Assembly (NCBI GenBank): GCA_964634105.1
Contig: CAZWIU010000001.1
Coordinates: 16,949 to 80,948, forward strand
DNA: 64,000 bases
Origin: an uncultured Bacteroidales bacterium
GTDB lineage: Bacteria > Bacteroidota > Bacteroidia > Bacteroidales > UBA10428
Reading direction: 5' to 3'
This document shows positions 28,345-38,244 of the stretch, in pieces. The notes under the pieces were generated by a model. That model made no database searches. It saw only the letters and a program-made list of their open reading frames with translations, and was not told the origin of the DNA. Each line of letters opens with the position of its first letter. Position 1 is the stretch's first letter. Made by a program: the position numbers and the translations under genes.

Positions 28345-31170
28345 ATGATCTTCATAAAAAAAACATCGGCTATACTAATATGCGGGATTTGTATTGCGGA
28401 GGGGTTATTTGCAGAAATTAAACCTGTTAATCCTGCTGTCGATTCTGCAAAACTACTTTTAGAGATGTCAAACAATCTGGCAAATGCTGGAGACTATATC
28501 CAATCACTCCAAGCGACCAAAGCATTACACTATTTCAGGATGCGTAATTATGAAGCCAGTGACTCTAGGATTCTTGCCAGTTATGCAAACCTTATAAATG
28601 CCTACATGCTAATTTCGGATTATGATTCAGTTGAATATTTTCGAGACCTGGCCGAGCAATTCAGACTTAAGTATAAGATTGAAAAAGGACTTGAATTAAG
28701 CAGCTTATACTCCAGTATCGGGTTGTTAATGCGAAATAAAGGCGATTACCTTGAAGCAAAAAGCTACTATATGCAGGCTGAGAAATGCCTTATAAATTCG
28801 GATAAAAAGATCGATCCTGAGGACATGGCAATATTGTATATCCGGATAGCCAATATTGAACGATTACTTCACAATTATGAAGAAGCCCTTGGCTATTTTA
28901 AAAAAAGCATTGATTATTTAAGTACGCAGCAGAAAACGCAGTTCAGAATTACCAGTCTGACAGGAATTGCGTTGATCTATTCCGAAATGAAAAACTATTC
29001 TCAGAGCCTTGCTTATAAAAAAAAGGCGTTAAGACTGGCTCAGCAGGATTCGATTAACAGTAGTTTGCAATTGGCTGTGCTATATAATAATATCGGACAG
29101 GATTATATGCTTGTTAATGAACTGAGAGATGCAGAGAAGAATCTCCTGAAAGCACTTGCCCTGTTTAATTCGATGGAATACAGAGGCACGTATAGCGCAA
29201 GCGCTTATGAGAATCTGGGCCTTTTATCGGAAAAGAAAGGCGACCACCTGTCTGCACTTGCATACTATCAGAAAGCTATTCAGGAAATAGCTCCTGAGTT
29301 CCATCCGGTTGATAATATCAGTTGTCCTTTGTCCGATGAAATATATCCCACTCCTGCATTGTTGCGAATCCTGAAATCCAAAGCCAAATGCCTGACTACA
29401 ATGTACCTTTACAGCCTCAAAGCTGCCTATCTCGATGCAGCATTGAACACGTATAAAACAGGAATTACGGTTGTTGATGAGCTACGTAACAGCTATCAAA
29501 GTTATGAAAGTAAACTGCTGATCGCTAAGGATGAATATGATATTTACCGATCGGCACTTCCCCTTGCGAATACAGGATACATTAACACCCTCAATGCTCG
29601 CTACCTGCAAATTGCTTTCGAGGTATCTGAAAAATCGAAATCTGCTTTATTACTGGCTAGTCTCCGTGAATTGGATGCCCGTAAAATGGGAGGTATTCCT
29701 GAAGAGTTATTACGAGAGGAAAAGAATATTTCGAGGCTGATTAATCAGTATAAAAATACTATATACGAAGAACAACAGCTTGCCAAACCTGACCTTAATA
29801 AAATCGGAACATTGCAAAGTTCCCTCTTCGAAGCACAACAGAAACGCAATAAATTGATCGAGACCTTTGAAAAAGAGTACCCGGCATATTATTCACTAAA
29901 AATACAGAATACTGTTCCCGGGGTAAAGAACATACAGCATTCTATTCCGGGAAATACTTCCCTCATTGAATATTCAATCGGAGATACAATGCTTTATATA
30001 TTCGTTCTTACAAAGAGCCGTTTTCACCTTATTACGGAGCGTATCGACAGTGCTTTCTTCAGATTAATTTCAGCCTATGTTGACCAATTTCACAGGTTCG
30101 ATTTCAGTAAACAATCGTATGAAGATTATTCATCGTTTTGCTCAACCAGCATATCGCTGTATAATAAGTTAATTAAGCCTGTGGTCTCTTTTCTCAGGGG
30201 CGACAACCTGCTCATAGTTCCCGATGGTATTCTGTCATATATTCCATTTGAAACATTGATACAAGAATTACCATCGAAAAATTCATTATACTATAAATCA
30301 CTCAACTATCTATTAAATGACTATACTATCTCCTACTCATACTCATCGTCATTTCTTCTGGAAGTTGACAAAACCGGTAATAAAAGAAAAACCAGTAAGC
30401 TGTTAGCCTTTGCCCCGGAATACAAACCTGGTTTTGATGCAGGTGCATATATTGGTAATCATAACACCCGACAAAATCTCAAGGAAGCACTCTATCCTAT
30501 CCCGGGGGTGATTGAAGAGGTTAAGTCGATCAGCAATTTAATAGCAAGCGATGTATTTACAGGAATAGAAGCTACCGAGAGTAACTTCAGAAAAATTGCG
30601 AACAATTACGATATTCTTCATTTAGCGATGCATGCAGTAATCGATAACAAAAATCCCCTTTTCTCAAAGCTTGTATTCACACTTTCTGATGATTCGCTGG
30701 AAGATGGACTCTTAAATACATACGAGATCTTTAATATGCAATTAAATGCCCGGATGGTTGTTTTAAGTGCGTGTAACACTGGTCAGGGTGACTATAGTCA
30801 GGGAGAAGGAGTAATGAGCCTTGCCAGGGGATTTGTATATGCAGGTTCTCCCAGCTTAATAATGACCATGTGGGAGGTCGAAGATAAATCGGGTAGTATG
30901 CTGATGAAATCTTTTTATGAAAATCTGCTGAAAGGTCAGCCAAAAGCAGAAGCGCTGCGAAATGCCAAAATCAGGTACCTGCATGAAGCCCGGGCTGAAA
31001 ATCTTCATCCATTTTTCTGGTCATCGTTTGTAGCGATGGGAAATACCAAACCCCTTTTCATAAATAAAAAGTTATATTATTATCTGGCAGCAGGCATTAT
31101 ATTAGGGTTGATCACTATTCTGCTTATGCGAAAACGATACCATAGACTCAGGAAAGACCGGATCGCTTGA
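28345..31170 (+). CDS. secreted TPR-CHAT (caspase-fold) protease with a C-terminal membrane anchor
   Basis: Signal-peptide-like N-terminus MIFIKKTSAILICGICIAEGLFA (ATG at 28345, inside the tracked TTG ORF). About 300 aa of TPR repeats. The CHAT domain keeps ILHLAMHA (His) and VVLSACNTG (Cys), plus HPFFWSSFVAMGN. C-terminal TM helix LAAGIILGLITILLM is followed by a basic tail. Confidence 0.9.
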   Translation: MIFIKKTSAILICGICIAEGLFAEIKPVNPAVDSAKLLLEMSNNLANAGDYIQSLQATKALHYFRMRNYEASDSRILASYANLINAYMLISDYDSVEYFRDLAEQFRLKYKIEKGLELSSLYSSIGLLMRNKGDYLEAKSYYMQAEKCLINSDKKIDPEDMAILYIRIANIERLLHNYEEALGYFKKSIDYLSTQQKTQFRITSLTGIALIYSEMKNYSQSLAYKKKALRLAQQDSINSSLQLAVLYNNIGQDYMLVNELRDAEKNLLKALALFNSMEYRGTYSASAYENLGLLSEKKGDHLSALAYYQKAIQEIAPEFHPVDNISCPLSDEIYPTPALLRILKSKAKCLTTMYLYSLKAAYLDAALNTYKTGITVVDELRNSYQSYESKLLIAKDEYDIYRSALPLANTGYINTLNARYLQIAFEVSEKSKSALLLASLRELDARKMGGIPEELLREEKNISRLINQYKNTIYEEQQLAKPDLNKIGTLQSSLFEAQQKRNKLIETFEKEYPAYYSLKIQNTVPGVKNIQHSIPGNTSLIEYSIGDTMLYIFVLTKSRFHLITERIDSAFFRLISAYVDQFHRFDFSKQSYEDYSSFCSTSISLYNKLIKPVVSFLRGDNLLIVPDGILSYIPFETLIQELPSKNSLYYKSLNYLLNDYTISYSYSSSFLLEVDKTGNKRKTSKLLAFAPEYKPGFDAGAYIGNHNTRQNLKEALYPIPGVIEEVKSISNLIASDVFTGIEATESNFRKIANNYDILHLAMHAVIDNKNPLFSKLVFTLSDDSLEDGLLNTYEIFNMQLNARMVVLSACNTGQGDYSQGEGVMSLARGFVYAGSPSLIMTMWEVEDKSGSMLMKSFYENLLKGQPKAEALRNAKIRYLHEARAENLHPFFWSSFVAMGNTKPLFINKKLYYYLAAGIILGLITILLMRKRYHRLRKDRIA

Positions 31171-31729
31171 TTCTTTGATATTCCGGATCCTCTTTAATCA
31201 TCTTTATCAGATATTCTTTACACTTATACTTTTTATTACGGATTATTTTTTCATTCTTATAGCCCATTTCAATGGCGATCTGTTCATAGGATACACCATC
31301 GGATATTAACCGGAGCACTTTCTGACACTCGACGCCAAGCTTTGTAAAATATTTCCGGAATAACCGCATGTCAATTTCCTCTTCCACAAGGGAATCGGAA
31401 GGTAAGTAGGAATTTTCAGGCTCTTCGATCTGTAAAATATTCCGCTCATGAGTTGCCCTGCTTCTTAATATTTTCAACCAGACCAAACGGGCCACACCAT
31501 ATAAATAAGCTTCAAACCCCGTTTTGATCGCGAACGAGTTTTGAGAGATTTGTTTAAATACGATGATTATTGATTCCTGAAATACGTCTTTTGAATCATC
31601 CTGCGATCCACCATTGCTCATAACATAATATCGGACAACCGGATATAATTCCTTATAGATTAAGGTGAGGATTTTATTATCCCGCTTTTGAATGCCTTCA
31701 ATAATTTGCCCAAGGGTAAGTTTTTTCAC
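31148..31729 (-). CDS. ECF-type sigma-70 family RNA polymerase sigma factor
   Basis: 193 aa with region 2 (DVFQESIIIVF..., AYLYGVARLVWLK) and a region 4 HTH (VLRLISDGVSYEQIAIEMG). Its 3' end overlaps the 3' end of the CHAT gene by 23 bp, convergently. Confidence 0.85.
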   Translation of the reverse strand: MKKLTLGQIIEGIQKRDNKILTLIYKELYPVVRYYVMSNGGSQDDSKDVFQESIIIVFKQISQNSFAIKTGFEAYLYGVARLVWLKILRSRATHERNILQIEEPENSYLPSDSLVEEEIDMRLFRKYFTKLGVECQKVLRLISDGVSYEQIAIEMGYKNEKIIRNKKYKCKEYLIKMIKEDPEYQRIKRSGLS

Positions 31730-32294
31730 TGTTCTTCAGAGTGTTTCGTAAATTGAAATTCATGCCTTTATATACTACATAGCTATTTTGCAGTGCAATG
31801 AAATGATTCGAACGAAACATCACACAGTAAGCTATCTCAAAGATATACAAAAATGCTTATCCTGCATTATTCTTTGATTAATTGAAGTATATAGTAGATA
31901 CTTGAAGTAATACTTAATTTATAGTATGATTATATTATTCTCAATATGAAAGTGTTATCGCCTGGCTTTGAGAAGCTATTTCTCATGCGAAAGCAGTAAC
32001 TTCATGGTTAACGTATTTAATCTCCCTTTGGCTATGCTGAGATCCGGATCGGATCAATCATAACTGTTATTAAAGTCAACACCAGCAGAGCCTATATGAT
32101 CTGTCCAGCAAGCTGATGAATCCGGACCTGTTATTTTCACCGCTTTACGGTTGCCCACCAAATAACCATGCTGGCTACATGTTAAATTTTTGTAAAACAA
32201 TATTTTAATTGACGAATTGATTGATAAAGGAAAATGTTTTTCATATATTAGATACTGTATGCAGACAACATTCGTTGTTTTATAAAACAGTATT

Positions 32295-33023
32295 GTGCAG
32301 CGATCGGAGAATATATATGATTTACTGAATGAGTACCTCGATTTAAGCGAAAACAGCATCAATTTATCGGAAGAAAAGATTGATAATGATACTCAGCTTG
32401 AGTTTTTTGAGTGCTCAAAGGCACATGAGCGAAAGCTTTCTGCTGAGGAAATAATCAGAAAGAAAGAAATGATCTTCGGGAATGATCTTACAACAGATCA
32501 GAAGAAAATACTTCTTGTGCAGTTAGCTTCTGTAAGTAAAATTGAGGCGTACAGAACTATCGAAAGGTATCTTTTAAATGCCGATATTGATATGTACCAA
32601 TGGGCATATCTTGCATTTCAATCCAACAGGCTATTGCTTGAAAGCAGTCTTCTTGAAGAAAATAAGGTATTGATTACAACCGGACTTGGCGGGAAGGGTG
32701 ATAAACTAAGATATTTTATTGTTTTCTTTACAGGCGATGGCTCTCCCATAACCACTCTTCAACAAAAGATCATTCGCAGTGAACTTGCCTATACACTTAA
32801 AAAATACGATGCGGAGATTGAAGAAATAATTTTCCTGGAGGGTTTTGCCACCATACTCGCAGTTGTACCCATGAAAATCTCTGTCCAGAAGCTCTTTGAT
32901 GCCATTATTAAAGAATGCAATGAAGTTGGCGAGTTTCTTTTCGATGATTATATCATCACAAATGTTAAAATTCTCTCTATTGAAGAGATAAGAGAACTTC
33001 TTGCGCTAAACAATATTCTGTAG
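32295..33023 (+). CDS. hypothetical protein
   Basis: 242-aa ORF with a GTG start. It ends at a clear bidirectional terminator. I recognise no family. Confidence 0.4.
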   Translation: MQRSENIYDLLNEYLDLSENSINLSEEKIDNDTQLEFFECSKAHERKLSAEEIIRKKEMIFGNDLTTDQKKILLVQLASVSKIEAYRTIERYLLNADIDMYQWAYLAFQSNRLLLESSLLEENKVLITTGLGGKGDKLRYFIVFFTGDGSPITTLQQKIIRSELAYTLKKYDAEIEEIIFLEGFATILAVVPMKISVQKLFDAIIKECNEVGEFLFDDYIITNVKILSIEEIRELLALNNIL

Positions 33024-33030
33024 GTACATA

Positions 33031-33068
33031 AAAAAACCGTCTTATACTATAAAAGACGGTTTGTTTTT
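33031..33068. terminator. bidirectional rho-independent terminator
   Basis: Stem accgtctt (33036-33043) / aagacggt (33053-33060), with an A-run upstream and a T-run downstream. It lies between convergent genes. Confidence 0.75.
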
Positions 33069-33087
33069 GAGATGGTATAAGCTCAAT

Positions 33088-33489
33088 TTACTCTTCTTCA
33101 CGCACATTGTCTGTCGATGCCTCAACATGCTCGAGGTCTTCAAACTCAACATTTGTATATGCATGAGATTCGTCCTTACGATCAGCATCATCGTCAGGAA
33201 TAATTTCGGGTCTGTTTTCTTTGATGTAATCAATTGTTTCGTTAAGACCCTCGAAAAATTTCTCAAAATCTTCTTTATAAAGAAAGATTTTGTGTTTTTC
33301 ATAGAAAAAGCGGCCATCCTTTTGATAACGCTTTTTGCTTTCGGTAATCGTCAGGTAGTAATCATTCCTCCGGGTTGCTTTTACATCGAAGAAATAAGTG
33401 CGTTTCCCTGCACGAACGGCTTTTGAATAAATCTCATCCTTCTCGGTAGATTCAATGCCTTCTCTTTTTTCTTTACCTTCTTCCATCAT
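33088..33489 (-). CDS. DUF3276 / PUR-alpha-like nucleic-acid-binding protein
   Basis: 133 aa. AGKRTYFFDVKATRRNDYYLTITESKK...RFFYEKHKIFLYKEDFEKF is the PUR-repeat-like pattern of the Bacteroidota DUF3276 family, from memory. Confidence 0.7.
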   Translation of the reverse strand: MMEEGKEKREGIESTEKDEIYSKAVRAGKRTYFFDVKATRRNDYYLTITESKKRYQKDGRFFYEKHKIFLYKEDFEKFFEGLNETIDYIKENRPEIIPDDDADRKDESHAYTNVEFEDLEHVEASTDNVREEE

Positions 33490-33689
33490 TAAAATTTTTA
33501 ATAACCGGTTCTACTCACACCAAAAATATAAAAAAAAAAATAATAGCAAGTTTTTCCTCCGTTTTTATAAAGAACTGATAGTCTAAAATTTATAATCAGA
33601 CCTTATTTTGATTTTTTTTATCGTGCGCCATTATGAATTAAAAAAAATGAATTTATTTTGCACCATAAAATTTACCGGTTCTTTGCGAA

Positions 33690-34643
33690 ATGATCAGCAG
33701 GAGAATTTTGAGGATTAAGACAATGCAGATGCTGTATGCCTACTTTCAGCATACTGAAGAATCATCCTTAAAAAAAACGGAGCAGGAACTGCAATTCAGC
33801 ATTAATAAATCATTCGACCTTTTTCATTACCTGTTAGTGCTTCTCATTGATGTGGCCAATTATGCAGAATCGAGAATAGAGCTGGCACGTCAAAAGAAAA
33901 TTCCTACACAGACTGATTTGAATCCAAACACGAAGTTTATTAATAACAAGATCATCGCGCAAATTCGCAACAACGATAAGCTCATACGTTATCTGGAAAT
34001 GCAAAAATTAAGCTGGGTAAATTATCCGGATCTCATCAAAGGCATGTATAATTCAATGATCGATTCGGATGCTTACAAAGCATATATGGATGAACCGCAG
34101 CATACTTTTGAGCAGGATAAAGGATTCATCTGTAATCTTTATAAGAATATTATTGCTCAACATGAGCCCTTATACCAAAATCTGGAGGAACAGAGCATAT
34201 ACTGGAACGATGAATCAGAGTTTATCATCGGGACGATCATTAAAACTATAAAAAAATTCAGGGAAGATTCTGATAATAACGATGTTTTGCCGGATCTTTA
34301 TAAAAGTGATGATGATAAGGAGTATCCCAAAAAATTACTCCGGAAAGTCATCCTGAATCATAAAGAATATAGTGTATTGATCGAAAAATACAGCAAGAAC
34401 TGGGATATAGAACGAATTGCTTTTATTGATATTCTGCTCATGCAGATGGCTATTGCCGAAGTGATTGAGTTTTCATCTATTCCGGTAAAAGTAACTCTTA
34501 ATGAGTACCTGGAACTAGCGAAATATTATAGTACAACCAAAAGCAGTATTTTTCTTAACGGAATTCTTGATAAGATATTTCTTCACCTCAAGGAACAAAA
34601 TCTGATTAAAAAATCCGGACGCGGTCTTATTGGAGAGATATAA
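33690..34643 (+). CDS. nusB: transcription antitermination factor NusB (long Bacteroidota form)
   Basis: 317 aa. N-terminus RRILRIKTMQMLYAY; C-terminal ...YLELAKYYST..SS.FLNGILDK. Confidence 0.85.
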   Translation: MISRRILRIKTMQMLYAYFQHTEESSLKKTEQELQFSINKSFDLFHYLLVLLIDVANYAESRIELARQKKIPTQTDLNPNTKFINNKIIAQIRNNDKLIRYLEMQKLSWVNYPDLIKGMYNSMIDSDAYKAYMDEPQHTFEQDKGFICNLYKNIIAQHEPLYQNLEEQSIYWNDESEFIIGTIIKTIKKFREDSDNNDVLPDLYKSDDDKEYPKKLLRKVILNHKEYSVLIEKYSKNWDIERIAFIDILLMQMAIAEVIEFSSIPVKVTLNEYLELAKYYSTTKSSIFLNGILDKIFLHLKEQNLIKKSGRGLIGEI

Positions 34644-34709
34644 TTCTTGTCATTCAGAACTTTTATCTTTACTTTGCATCACAATTATAAACTTCATAAA
34701 CTATAAGCA

Positions 34710-35048
34710 ATGAGTAATCTTGTTCATATTCTCTTAATGCAACAAACTTCTCCGACAGGAGGTCAGTCCAGTTCAATAAACTTTTTCATTATGATGGCGC
34801 TCATGATCGTGGTATTCTACTTTTTCATGATACGCCCACAGATGAAAAGACAGAAAGAAATGCGTAATTTCAGGGATTCGCTTAAGAAAGGGGATAAAAT
34901 AATTACTACCGGAGGTATTTATGGTAAAATCAACAATATTTCTGAGAATATCATAACTATTGATGTCGGGAATAATGTTACCATGAAGGTAGATAAGAAC
35001 GCTATCCTGAAAGATAACAGCGACTTACAGACAGAACAGCAGAAGTAA
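34710..35048 (+). CDS. yajC: preprotein translocase subunit YajC
   Basis: 112 aa. One TM helix followed by RPQMKRQKE...LKKGDKIITTGGIYGKI. Confidence 0.85.
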   Translation: MSNLVHILLMQQTSPTGGQSSSINFFIMMALMIVVFYFFMIRPQMKRQKEMRNFRDSLKKGDKIITTGGIYGKINNISENIITIDVGNNVTMKVDKNAILKDNSDLQTEQQK

Positions 35049-35101
35049 GTTAAAATATTAGGAGTTTAGGGTATATTTGTACTACCTTAAGCTCCTTAAA
35101 A

Positions 35102-36172
35102 TTGATTTTTACTAATAGTAATATTCCCATTGTTAAACTCCTGCACTGGTTCAGGAGTATTTTCCAAACATTCTACCGTAATTTTATTCAGAAATATATA
35201 ATTTTTATTTTCTTTGTCGGCCTGGCTGCTATTGCCTGGTACCTAAGGGCGTTAAGTGATATATATGTAGCCGATATTGATTATCCGGTAAAGTATACCA
35301 ACCTTCCACCCAACAGAATGCTTTCCAAAGAACCCCCGGAGAGACTTAAATTAAGGGTGCAAGCCGACGGGTACACTATTCTAAGCTCCAGATTCAGGTA
35401 TAAGCGACCCCTAAGTTATAATGTCAATGCTTTTGCTCTATACTCGCTTACTGAGGATTCAACTTCGGTATATACCCTTACCGGTTACGCACGTGATAAA
35501 CTTTCTGCTGAGCTTGGCCTTTCCAATAAGAATATTCAAATCCTGGATATAAATCCTGATACGCTGATCTTTAATTTTTCGAGGTTGAAAAAGAAGACTG
35601 TTCCTGTTGCGGTTGTATTTGAAAATTCTACCGGGCTGTTTAAAAATCAATATATGTTGAACGGGAGTCCTTTTTCAATTCCCGATTCGGTTATAATAAC
35701 AGGCCCCTCCTACCTGGTTGATTCAATCAGTGAAATTCAGACAAGATCAATCAGATTAAGGAACCTATCCGATACCATTACGAAAAAAGTGCATTTACAG
35801 GAAATCAATAAAATTACTTACTCAACAAATAAAGTAAAGGCCATCATCCCTGTCGATGAATTTACGGAGGCAACTTATGATATTCCGGTTCGCTGTGTAA
35901 ATGTACCTGACTCCCTGATCCTGAAAATCTTTCCTAAAAACGTGAAAGTTAAATATATCGTTACATTATCGCGATTCAACGAGGTCGGGCCCGATTCGTT
36001 CCATGCATTCATCGATTATTCCACCATTGATCCAACACTTCCACCCCGCCTGAAGGTTCAACTCGAACCGGCGCCATCATTTGTATACAAGGTTAGTATT
36101 TCGCCACAATCGGTTGAATTCTTAATTGAGAGAAAAAATGCTAAAAATTGGGTTGACCGGCGGGATCGGTAG
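35102..36172 (+). CDS. YbbR-like domain protein
   Basis: 356 aa. N-terminal TM helix and repeated beta-rich YbbR-like modules. It occupies the conserved position between yajC and coaE. The TTG start is uncertain. Confidence 0.55.
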   Translation: MIFTNSNIPIVKLLHWFRSIFQTFYRNFIQKYIIFIFFVGLAAIAWYLRALSDIYVADIDYPVKYTNLPPNRMLSKEPPERLKLRVQADGYTILSSRFRYKRPLSYNVNAFALYSLTEDSTSVYTLTGYARDKLSAELGLSNKNIQILDINPDTLIFNFSRLKKKTVPVAVVFENSTGLFKNQYMLNGSPFSIPDSVIITGPSYLVDSISEIQTRSIRLRNLSDTITKKVHLQEINKITYSTNKVKAIIPVDEFTEATYDIPVRCVNVPDSLILKIFPKNVKVKYIVTLSRFNEVGPDSFHAFIDYSTIDPTLPPRLKVQLEPAPSFVYKVSISPQSVEFLIERKNAKNWVDRRDR

Positions 36173-36737
36173 TGGAAAATCGGTTGTAAGCCAGGTATTC
36201 TCACAACTGGGAGTGCCAGTCTATAATGCCGACCACATGGCAAAAATTCTTGTACAGACAAATCACAAACTCAAAAAAGCAATCGTAGCCAAATTCGGAG
36301 AAAAATCGTTTACTGAACAGGGGTATAACACAGCCTATATAGCACAGTTGGTTTTTAATAATGACAACCTTCTCCGGGCGTTGAACAAGATTATCCATCC
36401 TGTTGTTGCGGATGATTTCATAAACTGGTGCCGGCAACAGGGAGAAAAGGCCTATGTATTGCAGGAAGCCGCAATTCTTTTTGAAAGCCGGGCGGCAGAT
36501 CTGATGGATTATTCAATTGTTGTGGATGCCCCCTTAGAACTCAGGATTGAAAGAGTTATTACGAGGGACCATTGCAGTAAGGAAAGTGTGGAAATGCGCA
36601 TAAAGAATCAATGGCCGGCCGATAAAATAAGAGCGCTCGCCGACTGGGTCATAGAAAACGACGATAAACAATTAATTTTGCCCCAAATTTTAAACATACA
36701 TAAACAATTAATCTCTATTTCTGAATCGCATGGCTAA
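36138..36737 (+). CDS. coaE: dephospho-CoA kinase
   Basis: [16 protein letters not shown]-loop start. I chose the ATG at 36138 over the tracked TTG at 36126. Confidence 0.9.
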   Translation: MLKIGLTGGIGSGKSVVSQVFSQLGVPVYNADHMAKILVQTNHKLKKAIVAKFGEKSFTEQGYNTAYIAQLVFNNDNLLRALNKIIHPVVADDFINWCRQQGEKAYVLQEAAILFESRAADLMDYSIVVDAPLELRIERVITRDHCSKESVEMRIKNQWPADKIRALADWVIENDDKQLILPQILNIHKQLISISESHG

Positions 36738-37452
36738 ATTTGGAAAGTGGATAGGAGCCGGACTTGGATGGGCGTTTGGAGGCCCTATTGGTGCAGTTAT
36801 CGGACTTGGACTTGGTTATCTTTTTGATACCGCACAACAGGCTGATAAAACGAGAGGATACAGCAATACCACCACGGGTGATTTTGTTGTCAGCCTGCTG
36901 GTATTAGTCGCCGCTGTTATGAAAGCCGATCAGAAGATTATGCGTTCGGAGCTCGACTATGTTAAAGCTTTCCTGGTACGTCAGTTTGGTGTTGCTTCGG
37001 CTAATGAAGGAGTAAAGATGCTCCAGAACCTGCTTAAACAACATATTCCGCTGGCCGATGTTTGTTATCAGATACGGGACAGGCTCGAATACCATTCACG
37101 ACTTGAATTGCTCCATTTGCTTTACGGTATTGCCCTTGCCGATGGACATGTACATACTGCAGAGATCAATCTGATAGTACAGATCTCAAACTACATGGGT
37201 ATCAGCGCAAGTGACCAGCAGTCGATTCGGAGCATGTTTCTGCAGGATAGTGAAAGCGCTTATAAAGTATTGGGAGTTGAGAGGAATGCATCAATTGAGG
37301 AAATCAAGAAAGCATACCGAAAGCTTGCTGTGGAATATCATCCCGATAAAGTAAGCTACCTGGGCGAAGAAATCAGAAAAGACGCTGATGAAAAGTTCAG
37401 GAAGATTAATGAAGCCTACGAAAAAATAAAGAAAGAAAAGGGATTTAAATAG
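36730..37452 (+). CDS. DjlA-like co-chaperone (TM, TerB-like domain, C-terminal J domain)
   Basis: 240 aa. The C-terminal J domain has [30 protein letters not shown]. It overlaps coaE by 8 nt. Confidence 0.8.
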   Translation: MAKFGKWIGAGLGWAFGGPIGAVIGLGLGYLFDTAQQADKTRGYSNTTTGDFVVSLLVLVAAVMKADQKIMRSELDYVKAFLVRQFGVASANEGVKMLQNLLKQHIPLADVCYQIRDRLEYHSRLELLHLLYGIALADGHVHTAEINLIVQISNYMGISASDQQSIRSMFLQDSESAYKVLGVERNASIEEIKKAYRKLAVEYHPDKVSYLGEEIRKDADEKFRKINEAYEKIKKEKGFK

Positions 37453-37515
37453 AAATCTGTTTTTTCGTTTGATACATAATATTAATTTTGTTCGCACTTA
37501 GAATTATTTTCCATT

Positions 37516-38097
37516 ATGAAACTTAAAGATATTCTTGCCATCTCAGGAAAAAGCGGATTGTTTAAATTCATTTCGCAGGGTAGAAACGGAATTATTGTTG
37601 AATCTTTTGATGATCATAAGCGTATGGCCGTTCCCTCAAGCGCTAAGGTTAGCGCCCTGGAAGATATCGCTATTTTTACAGATAAGGAAGAAGTGCCTCT
37701 TGCCGATGTTTTTAAAAAAATCTATGAAAAAGAATCCGGCAAGGAGACCATCAATCATAAATCCTCTCCCGAAGAACTAAAAGCATTGCTGGAATCGATT
37801 CTCCCGAATTATGACAAGGAAAGAGTCTACGTATCGGATATGAAGAAACTTGTTCACTGGTATAATATCCTGGTGAGCCTGAACATGATCGATCTGAAGG
37901 AGGATAAAGAAGAGGAGAAAGAAGAAGCAGGTGACGATAAAAAGACGGCAAAAGCCGAGCATGATAAAGCTGACCTGCACGCCAATGAGAAAAAGCCTGT
38001 TAAAAAGGAAGTTCAGAAAAAAACAGCCACCAAAACAATGACAAAATCGGCACCCAAAGCTGCCAAACCAAAAACCCCCACAACCAAGTCGAAGTAG
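37516..38097 (+). CDS. DUF5606-like protein with a Lys/Ala/Pro-rich histone-H1-like tail
   Basis: 193 aa. N-terminus MKLKDILAISGKSGLFKFISQGRNGIIVES; C-terminus KKTATKTMTKSAPKAAKPKTPTTKSK. Confidence 0.6.
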   Translation: MKLKDILAISGKSGLFKFISQGRNGIIVESFDDHKRMAVPSSAKVSALEDIAIFTDKEEVPLADVFKKIYEKESGKETINHKSSPEELKALLESILPNYDKERVYVSDMKKLVHWYNILVSLNMIDLKEDKEEEKEEAGDDKKTAKAEHDKADLHANEKKPVKKEVQKKTATKTMTKSAPKAAKPKTPTTKSK

Positions 38098-38244
38098 AAT
38101 TATTGCCCAGCCATTGAAAATTGCTGATACACAGGTCAACAACAGGTTGAGGTTTTTGCTGTAGGTTTATGCCACATCTTCACTCAAACTCCGGATGTAT
38201 TTTATATGAGTAATGGCCACCGTGACTGGTGTTTTATTAATTAT

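Noticed and set aside
28345-31729. TPR-CHAT plus sigma factor as a type III-E CRISPR (Craspase/Csx30/RpoE-like) remnant.
   Set aside because: No Cas7-11/gRAMP-like gene, other cas genes or CRISPR repeats occur anywhere in the window. This CHAT protein also carries a signal peptide and a membrane anchor. The analogy is mechanistic only.
32054-32362. A 102-aa minus-strand ORF, and a search for further GG-leader peptides in the 565-bp sigma-upstream spacer (31730-32294).
   Set aside because: The ORF overlaps the start of 32295-33023 and has junk-like composition. I found no additional small ORF with a ...GG leader on either strand in this spacer or in 25676-25837 or 26756-26868.
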